Part shown: in pieces, positions 42,827-50,061 of the stretch
Layout of the letters: the number at the start of each line of letters is the position of its first letter
Position numbering within the stretch: the stretch's first letter is position 1
Assembly: GCA_043805855.1 (NCBI GenBank)
Contig: JAZDHP010000029.1
Coordinates: forward strand, 1 to 57,809
Length of the DNA stretch: 57,809 bases
Reading direction: 5' to 3'
Source: Candidatus Micrarchaeota archaeon
GTDB taxonomy: Archaea; Micrarchaeota; Micrarchaeia; Norongarragalinales; UBA8480
The notes under the pieces: generated by a model
Seen by the model: only the letters and a program-made list of their open reading frames with translations
The model's database searches: none
Told to the model about the DNA's origin: nothing
Program-made: the position numbers and the translations under genes

Positions 42827-44224
42827 ATGGGAAAAACTTACATTGACACAGTGAAATACATGGTGAAGGCCAACTTTGAAGTCGACGGAATAATTGAAAA
42901 GCCAGATATAGTTGGCGCGCTGTTCGGGCAAACTGAAGGCTTGCTTGGAGATGATTTAGATTTCCGTGAGTTGCAAAAGAGCGGCCGCTTAGGGCGCATT
43001 GAAGTGGAAACGCAGATAAAAGGCGGGAAAACTTTCGGCCAAATTTATGTGCCTTCTAGCTTAGATATGGTTGAAACAAGTATACTTGCGGCTAGTTTAG
43101 AAATTGTTGACCGCGTTGGCCCGTGTGAAGCTAGAATTACAGTTGAAAAGATTGAAGATTCGCGAAGCGTAAAACGTAAACAGCTTCTTGACCGCGCTCG
43201 CAATTTACTAAAAAGTTTAGTGCTTGAAGAATTGCCTGAAAGTAAACAACTTACTGAACTTGTGCGCGATGAATTGAAAATTGCTGAAGTTTCAACTTAT
43301 GGCGAGGATAAACTTTCATGCGGTCCTGGTTTAAGTGCGTTTGACGAACTTGTTGTTGTCGAGGGACGAGCTGATGTTATTAACCTATTGAAAAACGGAA
43401 TTAAAAACGTCGTTGCTGTTGGCGGCGCAAATGTCGGCAAGACAATTGCAAAGCTGTGCAATGAAAAGGAAGTAACTGTTTTCCTCGATGGAGATCGCGG
43501 CGGAGACATTATTCTCAAGGAATTAATGGCAGTTGCTGAAATTGACTACGTTGCCCGCGCACCAGCTGGTAAAGAAGTTGAAGAACTTGCACGTAAAGAA
43601 ATAATTCAAAGCCTACGCAAGAGAGTTCCAGCTGAACAAGTGAATGGAAAGCGCGAAGTGCGCTTTGAAAAACCAATTACGCCGCGCAGCGATCGTGCTT
43701 TTGAATCGCGCCCAGTGCGCAGTGAAAGGCAAATGGAACGAGTGGAAAGAGCTGAACGGCCGCCAATTGTGCGCCCTCCGTTTGTCGAGAGGCAAGATCG
43801 CTCGGAACGTCCAAGTTTTTCTGAACGCCCAGCTTTTGTTGAACGACCTCGTGAAGTTAAAGAGTCAATTACAGGTCGATTACCTCGCCAGCGCGAAGAG
43901 TCTTTTGAACAAATTAATCCCCCAGTTCATGTTGGTGGAAACGACAAACCGCCAGTATTGATGGTTGCGTTGAAGGAACTTGAAGGTTCACTAAAGGCAA
44001 AACTATTCGGAAGTAACAATGAATTAATTGCCGAAGTTCCAATTCGTGAAATAATGAAAGCGCTAACTGAAACTGACGGCGTCAAAGCAGTTGTGCTTGA
44101 CGGCATTGTAACGCAAAGATTAGTTGACTTGTGCGAACAGAAGAAAACTGAATACCTAGTCGGCGTACGTGCAGGTACAATAATGCGCAAACCAACAATC
44201 ACAAAAGTAGTTGTAGCTGAATAA
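42827..44224 (+). CDS. dnaG: archaeal DnaG-type Toprim protein (exosome-associated primase homolog) with a repeat insertion
   Basis: N-terminal KYMVKANFEVDGIIEKPDIVGALFGQTEGLLG, Toprim LVVVEGRADV and FLDGDRGGD. An Arg/Glu/Pro-rich repeat region lies at about 43660..43865. Confidence 0.8.
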   Translation: MGKTYIDTVKYMVKANFEVDGIIEKPDIVGALFGQTEGLLGDDLDFRELQKSGRLGRIEVETQIKGGKTFGQIYVPSSLDMVETSILAASLEIVDRVGPCEARITVEKIEDSRSVKRKQLLDRARNLLKSLVLEELPESKQLTELVRDELKIAEVSTYGEDKLSCGPGLSAFDELVVVEGRADVINLLKNGIKNVVAVGGANVGKTIAKLCNEKEVTVFLDGDRGGDIILKELMAVAEIDYVARAPAGKEVEELARKEIIQSLRKRVPAEQVNGKREVRFEKPITPRSDRAFESRPVRSERQMERVERAERPPIVRPPFVERQDRSERPSFSERPAFVERPREVKESITGRLPRQREESFEQINPPVHVGGNDKPPVLMVALKELEGSLKAKLFGSNNELIAEVPIREIMKALTETDGVKAVVLDGIVTQRLVDLCEQKKTEYLVGVRAGTIMRKPTITKVVVAE

Positions 44225-44394
44225 AAACAAGTTGCGACTTCTTTTAATTTTTTTCTTTTTATTTTTTTAATTTTCTTGTTTTTTCTCAACAGATTACTTT
44301 TTCCTTTTAAGTGCCTTTTTGATATTTTTGCGGATTTCTGCTTCTTTTCCTTTGTTGGCGTTTCTAATATTTTCTAAGGGATCTTTTTGTTTTT

Positions 44395-44760
44395 TCATAT
44401 TATTTCAACTTTTTTCATTTTGGCGAAGTCACTATCTCGAGTAAGAAAAGTGTAATTGTGCGTTAATGCAGTTGCATAAATGAGTGAGTCAATGGCCGAG
44501 AGGCTCTTTGTGTTAGAAAGTTCGCCCGCTAATTCGCAAGTTTCAAAGTTTAGTGCGAGTATGTTGTATTTTTTAATGTCAGAGATTATTTTCCACCATT
44601 CGCTTATTTTTCCCGTGTTTCTAAAGTATTTGTTGAGTTCGTAAACTGACAATATGGAAATGCTTGCGCTAGTCTCATCTAAGCGAGTCATAACTGCTTC
44701 AGGCAATTTTCCTTGAAGGTAGTCTATTAAGGCGCTCGTGTCAGCTAAATACTCGGTCAC
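44395..44760 (-). CDS. PIN-domain toxin (VapC-like)
   Basis: YLADTSALIDYL (Asp), later E and LTRDSDF. Overlaps the upstream small gene. Confidence 0.7.
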   Translation of the reverse strand: MTEYLADTSALIDYLQGKLPEAVMTRLDETSASISILSVYELNKYFRNTGKISEWWKIISDIKKYNILALNFETCELAGELSNTKSLSAIDSLIYATALTHNYTFLTRDSDFAKMKKVEII

Positions 44761-44944
44761 GTTTATCCCTCACAAACGGCGCACATCCTTTGAGAATGCC
44801 GCGGTGCTTTGATAACCCTTTGAATATGCTTTTTCCGGCAAGTTCGCGTACCAACTCATCATATGTTGGTGCTTCGTATTCGGTTTTTAATTCATCAAGC
44901 CATTTCTTCGTATCTTTTTTCACCGCAATCATTACATATTCCAT
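44741..44944 (-). CDS. antitoxin-like small protein
   Basis: 67 aa, overlaps the PIN gene start by 20 nt. The promoter region 44945..45010 carries GAATTATAAT repeats. Confidence 0.5.
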   Translation of the reverse strand: MEYVMIAVKKDTKKWLDELKTEYEAPTYDELVRELAGKSIFKGLSKHRGILKGCAPFVRDKRDRVFS

Positions 44945-45026
44945 TGCAAACCACCAATCATAATTTGAATTATAATCTTAGTTATAATAAGAATTATAAT
45001 TGTTTGGTTTGTGGTTGATTATTCTT

Positions 45027-47513
45027 TTACTCGACGTCGCTTACTCCGTCTTCGTTTACGATGAAGATGCATTCTCCTTCTGCGAGGTGTGGTGAGTCGA
45101 CGATTTTGGCAATGCGACGGTTTTCTTTGCTGCGGCGCAGGTACATTCTTACTCCTGACGCGTGTGCAACTACGTTTCCTCCAACTGGAGTTGTCGGGTC
45201 TCCGAACATCATATCTGGCTTGTCCATAACTTGATTTGTAACGTAAATCGCAACGTTGTGAAGTTCAGCTAGTTTTTGCAATTCATGCATGTGTCTGTTT
45301 AGCTTTTGCTGTCGCTCGGCTAATTGCCCGCGGCCTAAGTATTCGCTGCGAAAGCAAGACATTAGCGAATCTACAATAACGAGTTTAATGTTCTTCTCTT
45401 TAATGAGGTCATTTGCTTTTTCTACAAGTAGCACCTGGTGGTCGCTTGTATGCGCTCGTGCAATTACGATGTTTTTCAACACCGTTGCTTCGTCTAGCCC
45501 CTTTGCTTTTGCCATTTGTACAACTCTCTCTGGCCGGAAAGTTGATTCAGTGTCAATGAACAGTGCGCCGGCTTCTAGCCCGCCTTGTTCTTTTGGTAGT
45601 TGAACATTTGCGCATAGTTGGAACGCAAGCTGGCTGTTGTGAAGTATTGTTGGTAGGTTTCCGCCTATGAATGTGTGCCCGTTTGGCACAACGAAGTCGT
45701 ATACATAGTCATTGTAAGGTACTATTTGTTTTTGTTGTACGTCGTCCCAGTTGAACAACGCTACTATTTTGAGTTGCTCCACTCCATTTTGAAGCGCATC
45801 GAGTCGTTTTTCTAATTCTATTTTAATAGCCTCTAAAACAGCTTTGCTTTTTTCGGGGTTGATTCCGCGAGTTGAATAATTTTCAATGCATTTCTTAGTT
45901 AGTTGTAATTCAGAGTAAAGAGAATTGAAGGCAAAGGGTAGTTTTGCAATCAGCGCCTTGTGTTTTTTCCTGTCGCTTCCAGCTGTTTCGGTTTCTTTTA
46001 TTAATTCTTGCAAATATACAGCACCTTGCTGTAGGAATTGAACAGTATTTACCAGTGTTTTTTCGGTTATTTTTTTCTCAATGCTGCCGGTGAAGGTGCT
46101 GAATAGGGTTTCGTTTATTTCTTTGATTGAGTGTTTGCCGTGGATTTTTCTCGTTCTTCCCCTGTTGCCGCCTAAACTGTTTTTGTAAATGTTTTTTATA
46201 AGTTTGAGAATTGTAATAGGGTAACCGTGGGCGGATGTGTTGCACTTCTGGGAATATTTCTTGAATTTGTATGGTAAATTTCTTAATTTTTCCCGGTCAA
46301 ATCCAGTTACGTATAGGCGATGATACCGCCCGTATTTTGGGTGTTGTTTTGTTTTGTAAGTAGTTGTTATTCCGAGCAGCATACACAGGTAAGATAACCC
46401 TTCTGCTAGTGTTTTGCTTTTTGTAGTCATTTCAACTGCTTTGCTCAAGTAGCCGTCTCCATCTATGTAGCCGGCTAGAAACGCTTTTTTAGCAGCTTCG
46501 CTTGAAGTGAAAATTTCAAGAGGTACAAATTTGCCGCCAGCTTTGCTTGTAGCGAGTTTTCCAAGTAGGGAGCTAGCGCTTTCCCTTATTAAAATTCGAT
46601 ATATGGCTTGCCTTTTTTCGGCGGCGGGCCTTTTTTCAATTGTTGGTTTATATCTAAATTTGTTTTGTAAATAATTTTCAAGCCAGTTTTTCATTTCTTC
46701 ATCCGCGGTGTCAATTGAAAGTGGGTTTGAAGTTCCTTCTGCAGTAAATAAACCAAGAAAATATGCATCGTCTTCATTCATTTCATTGGTTTCAGGTAGG
46801 TTTACTATTTTTGGATAAGCTATACTCTCGCCTGCCTCAACTAACCCGGCTTGTTTCCATGTTACTCCTTGCGGCGTTAATACGAGCAGGCGGTGCGGTA
46901 GGGTTACTTTCAATTCCCTTCCCCGCTTTGTTTTTATTGCTGCTATTTCGCTAACCTTTTCCTTGTATATCGTGTTGGTTTTTTCAACTGTAAGTCCATT
47001 GTTTGTTAAGCTGTTGACATAAACTGGAATTCCTTTTACAACGAACCCTTCTTCAAACTTTTCCTCACCAAACTTAGCCGCGTATTTGTTATAAGTTTCT
47101 TCTATTGTTTCAAGGTGAAAGTGCTCGTCGTTCAAGTACGAAACAACCGTGTCTTTCGCAATGCATTTACCGCTGCCAAATCTTCCAAATCCCTCTGTGA
47201 TGTTCATTGTTTCAATGCCGCCGCCAAGGAGAGTGTCGAGTTCTTTTGACCCAGTTGTAATTTTCTGGATATTTTTCCTTCTCTCGAGTACAATGTCTGC
47301 AGTTTCGTAGCCCATTTCCAACGCGTCGCGCGCTGCAATGACTATCTTAGCGGCTGTGCCTTCGCCGATTCCAGCAACTTCTGCGATTTCCGAAGCTCTG
47401 CTGACTGCTATAATTTCAAGAGAGTCGTAACCTGCTTCTTTTAACTTCGAGGCATTTGTATCCCCCACACCAGGAAGCTCTTCGATAGTTGTTATCTTCT
47501 TTTTTCCTGCCAT
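45027..47513 (-). CDS. radA: DNA repair and recombination protein RadA, interrupted by an intein
   Basis: N-terminal HhH (IEELPGVGDTNASKLKEAGY), Walker A split as GRFGSGK|C...HN|SQL, and a RadA C-terminal core (LFIDTESTFRPER, VIVDSL). Start set at the ATG at 47513 (GGTGA 8 nt upstream). Confidence 0.9.
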   Translation of the reverse strand: MAGKKKITTIEELPGVGDTNASKLKEAGYDSLEIIAVSRASEIAEVAGIGEGTAAKIVIAARDALEMGYETADIVLERRKNIQKITTGSKELDTLLGGGIETMNITEGFGRFGSGKCIAKDTVVSYLNDEHFHLETIEETYNKYAAKFGEEKFEEGFVVKGIPVYVNSLTNNGLTVEKTNTIYKEKVSEIAAIKTKRGRELKVTLPHRLLVLTPQGVTWKQAGLVEAGESIAYPKIVNLPETNEMNEDDAYFLGLFTAEGTSNPLSIDTADEEMKNWLENYLQNKFRYKPTIEKRPAAEKRQAIYRILIRESASSLLGKLATSKAGGKFVPLEIFTSSEAAKKAFLAGYIDGDGYLSKAVEMTTKSKTLAEGLSYLCMLLGITTTYKTKQHPKYGRYHRLYVTGFDREKLRNLPYKFKKYSQKCNTSAHGYPITILKLIKNIYKNSLGGNRGRTRKIHGKHSIKEINETLFSTFTGSIEKKITEKTLVNTVQFLQQGAVYLQELIKETETAGSDRKKHKALIAKLPFAFNSLYSELQLTKKCIENYSTRGINPEKSKAVLEAIKIELEKRLDALQNGVEQLKIVALFNWDDVQQKQIVPYNDYVYDFVVPNGHTFIGGNLPTILHNSQLAFQLCANVQLPKEQGGLEAGALFIDTESTFRPERVVQMAKAKGLDEATVLKNIVIARAHTSDHQVLLVEKANDLIKEKNIKLVIVDSLMSCFRSEYLGRGQLAERQQKLNRHMHELQKLAELHNVAIYVTNQVMDKPDMMFGDPTTPVGGNVVAHASGVRMYLRRSKENRRIAKIVDSPHLAEGECIFIVNEDGVSDVE
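45636..47165 (-). mobile_element. 510-aa intein with a LAGLIDADG homing-endonuclease domain, inserted in the RadA P-loop
   Basis: Begins with Cys after GSGK (CIAKDTVVSY...) and ends ...TILHN followed by Ser+1. Two LAGLIDADG blocks (FLGLFTAEGT, LAGYIDGDGYL). Confidence 0.85.
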
Positions 47514-47586
47514 TTTTTCCATCACCTTTAAACCAGAAGCCACGAGAACGGGCATTTTCGGTAAAAGGCCCCTCCGCGGCCTTCAG

Positions 47587-47632
47587 CACAAACGCGAGCG
47601 TTTGTGTCTGAGTCACAAAGCGAAGCTTTGTG
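47587..47632. other. two tandem near-identical hairpins (CACAAACG-CGAG-CGTTTGTG and CACAAAGC-GAA-GCTTTGTG)
   Basis: Perfect 8-bp stems at 47587..47606 and 47614..47632. The arms can also cross-pair. Located in the untranslated region upstream of radA. Confidence 0.7.
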
Positions 47633-47689
47633 CTCATTTGAACCACACGGGCTGGAGCCAAACTAGATGAAGTAGTCAACGTTTCTAGG

Positions 47690-47699
47690 TTTATAAATA
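47690..47699. promoter_or_regulatory. TATA-box-like element TTTATAAATA
   Basis: Near-palindromic archaeal TATA consensus in the radA / 47856 divergent intergenic region, directly beside the 22-bp repeat. Confidence 0.45.
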
Positions 47700-47704
47700 G
47701 TTCC

Positions 47705-47726
47705 CGACACGTCGTTGCCGGTAAAA
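47705..47726. repeat. 22-bp direct repeat, copy 1 (CGACACGTCGTTGCCGGTAAAA)
   Basis: Identical to 48780..48801. Both copies follow a TATAAA-type box, so similarity extends to about 40 bp. Confidence 0.9.
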
Positions 47727-47768
47727 GGCCGCTCGGGGCCGCAGGCCTTTTAGACCTCTGGCCAAGGC

Positions 47769-47821
47769 GGTTGCAGAAGGTTAAAGGACCGTCGCTGGCG
47801 GTCCTTTGCCGGTGAAAGGTG
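47769..47821 (+). promoter_or_regulatory. conserved leader element, copy B (GGTTGCAGAAGG..GGACCGTCGCTGGCGGTCC..GGTG..AAAGGTG)
   Basis: Matches copy A (16468..16525, minus strand) block for block. The hairpin at 47786..47804 differs from copy A by compensatory changes (A:T instead of G:C). Confidence 0.6.
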
Positions 47822-47855
47822 AAAGTTAATAACTTGAAAGTGGATTTATGAATTA

Positions 47856-48167
47856 ATGTTAATTTCTGCTAGTGATTTTGTGGCGTTAATCCGAGCGAAA
47901 CCGCGCCAGTTTAAATTTACTCGGCATGCGCTTGAAAGAGCTGAAAAACGAGTCATGTCTTCTAAAGTGTGTGAAGAAGAGTTATTGTCGAGAGAGCCGC
48001 AAGGAGTGTTGGAACAGCAAACTAGAATATCTGGTGAAAGAAAGTTTCGGGTTTATTATAAGCAGGATGACGATAAGTTTCATTGCTATATAGTGGTTTT
48101 AAATAAAGCTATTCGCGTTATAACTATGATGCGCATAAGTAAAGAATTGCAAGTTAGGTGGAGATAA
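47856..48167 (+). CDS. DUF4258-like putative toxin
   Basis: 103 aa. KFTRHALERAEKRVMS and the small beta C-terminus resemble DUF4258. Overlaps the next gene by 10 nt. Confidence 0.4.
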   Translation: MLISASDFVALIRAKPRQFKFTRHALERAEKRVMSSKVCEEELLSREPQGVLEQQTRISGERKFRVYYKQDDDKFHCYIVVLNKAIRVITMMRISKELQVRWR

Positions 48168-48502
48168 TGGCAAATTTTAATTACGATGAAGAAGGAGATA
48201 TCTTTACTATTGACATTAGTTCAAAAAAAGCTTATTTGTCGCTTGAAGTTAGCCCCGATTTAATTGTAGATTTAGCAGCAAATCATCAGCTAACTGGAAT
48301 CGAACTACTAAATGCTAGTGAAGTGCTTAGTAAATTATTCGGAATCAACATCAAGAAAAGTGAGTTGCACAAGATTCACTGCGCTATAAATCAAGACGCA
48401 ATTGAAAACAATGAAGGTTTATATGCTACTTTTAAACTAGGTGAAAAAACAGCCAAGGTTTTGATTCCAACTAATTACGAAAGTCCAATAGTTTCAGGAT
48501 AA
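48158..48502 (+). CDS. DUF2283-like putative antitoxin
   Basis: NYDEEGDIFTIDIS...IVDLAANHQLTGIELLNAS matches the YD.e.D.l.i ... GIEIL.AS pattern of DUF2283. Confidence 0.5.
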   Translation: MEIMANFNYDEEGDIFTIDISSKKAYLSLEVSPDLIVDLAANHQLTGIELLNASEVLSKLFGINIKKSELHKIHCAINQDAIENNEGLYATFKLGEKTAKVLIPTNYESPIVSG

Positions 48503-48535
48503 TTCTAAAGTATCTGTTTTGGGTCCTAAAGAAGC

Positions 48536-48727
48536 TCATCTTTTTATTTTGATATCGCGCCAGTTCTTTTCTTTGCCTTGTTGCATTTCAGCAATAATTG
48601 TGCTAAATTCTTTGCGTTCAGTTTCGCTAATTTCTTCGTCTGGGATAATTGCGTCGCGTAAGGCGTGAATCTCGCGGTGCATTTCTTTCAATTCGCCGTA
48701 AAGCACATTAAGAGTAACTTCTTCCAT
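48536..48727 (-). CDS. small helical hypothetical protein
   Basis: 63-aa charged coiled-coil-like ORF. A TATA-like box and the 22-bp repeat lie 35-75 nt upstream. Confidence 0.4.
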   Translation of the reverse strand: MEEVTLNVLYGELKEMHREIHALRDAIIPDEEISETERKEFSTIIAEMQQGKEKNWRDIKIKR

Positions 48728-48779
48728 TTTTAATTATCACTAAGAGTATATAGCTAAAAACAAGTATAAAAACAATTCT

Positions 48780-48801
48780 CGACACGTCGTTGCCGGTAAA
48801 A
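48780..48801. repeat. 22-bp direct repeat, copy 2
   Basis: Identical to 47705..47726. Confidence 0.9.
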
Positions 48802-48806
48802 AGGAA

Positions 48807-50024
48807 TTATGTGAGAATTTGCTTTGCAGTTGCGCTTAGTTGGTTGAGGTAATTGTTGAACTTTGTGCTTATGAGAATTTTAACTGGCTTTCCTTGTAGT
48901 TGTTGCTTTTTCAATTCGAATAAGGTTTCCAAAAGGTCCGGTGCAATTGACTTCATTTCTAATAACTGTAGCGCGCGTCCGTCGTAGAAAGTGCACTGTA
49001 TTTTTCCACTAGCGTCGCTTATTACGGCGTCGCAAATTAAAGTTTCCAGCGCGTTTCCCCCGCAGTTGCACGTTTGGGTTTTTGAAATTGCAAAGCACTT
49101 TTCGCACTGGAGTGCAAAGCGGCATAGTTTCAACTCTTCAATTCTCCCGTTTATAGCTATTGTTTCGTTTTCTTTTAATTGCGCAATTGGCTTTTCCACT
49201 TCGACAATTTGCGCTTTGCCGGTGATTTTTGTAAAACGGGTTGTGCGGCTGGTGTGCAATTCCATGTCGCCGTAAGTGTTCGCCTTTACTTTGACGTCTG
49301 TCATTTTTAATTCATCAGTTCGATTGAAGTTGCTGGCAAGTTCTGCAAATTCACCCCAGCAAACTAAGTTTATCTTTTTGCTGCCATCTGCAAGTGCTAA
49401 TCGGCGTAATTTACCTGTTCCCTTTTCTTTTTGGAATGTTTTCAACTCGCCTAAGTTTACAATCATGGCAGTTGTTGAGATTATCTTTTCGCCTACCTTT
49501 GCGTCAATCGCTAGTTGCGCTAGTGGAGTTTGGTTTACCTCGCGATTTGGAATTTTTGAAATGTCGGCAAGGTTTTCTACAGTAGGCGTTGTTACTGGTT
49601 CAATTGCGGTAAGTAAATCCGCGTTTAGTTCAAGTGGGTTAACGTTTTTCACCATCGCATCTTTTAACAGTACGGCGTCGTTTACTTGCAAGTTGCTTTC
49701 CAGGATTTTTCTCCCGTCGTAATTCCACAACGTTAGCGCCGCGTTTTTGTTTTGACTAGCTAAGTTTAGCACAAGGAGCTCACCTTGTCGTTCGTTGAAA
49801 GTGAATTTTTTCAACTCGTTGAAATAGTGGATTTTGAAATAGTTTGTAACCCGGTCGCCTTGCTTTAAGTTTTCCAACGAAGTTAAGGGCTTTGCGGGCT
49901 TTTCTATAACTGCGCCATTTTCCCTTGCGATTATCCGTTGGCTAGCTTCTTGTGTTAGCAAATAGTGAAACTGCGCTTGCTTTTCCTTTACTTGTTCTGG
50001 AGTTGCAATTGTGGAAGTAGGCAT
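48807..50024 (-). CDS. rpa: replication protein A-like ssDNA-binding protein (OB folds plus zinc finger)
   Basis: Repeated OB-fold signatures (GELLVLNLASQNKNAALTLWN; KLRRLALADGSKKINLVCWG) and a C-terminal Cys cluster CEKC...CNCGG. Confidence 0.65.
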   Translation of the reverse strand: MPTSTIATPEQVKEKQAQFHYLLTQEASQRIIARENGAVIEKPAKPLTSLENLKQGDRVTNYFKIHYFNELKKFTFNERQGELLVLNLASQNKNAALTLWNYDGRKILESNLQVNDAVLLKDAMVKNVNPLELNADLLTAIEPVTTPTVENLADISKIPNREVNQTPLAQLAIDAKVGEKIISTTAMIVNLGELKTFQKEKGTGKLRRLALADGSKKINLVCWGEFAELASNFNRTDELKMTDVKVKANTYGDMELHTSRTTRFTKITGKAQIVEVEKPIAQLKENETIAINGRIEELKLCRFALQCEKCFAISKTQTCNCGGNALETLICDAVISDASGKIQCTFYDGRALQLLEMKSIAPDLLETLFELKKQQLQGKPVKILISTKFNNYLNQLSATAKQILT

Positions 50025-50061
50025 AGTAAAAAAGAAAAGAAGAGCTAAAGTTAATTATCCT

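Noticed and set aside
44296-44398. 34-aa Lys-rich ORF (MKKQKDPLENIRNANKGKEAEIRKNIKKALKRKK) whose ATG overlaps the stop of the PIN gene (ATGA). A similar 30-aa ORF starts at 25852, overlapping the stop of 25193..25855.
   Set aside because: Too short and low-complexity to support from sequence alone. ATGA overlaps arise easily in AT-rich DNA. Worth checking only if ribosome profiling is available.
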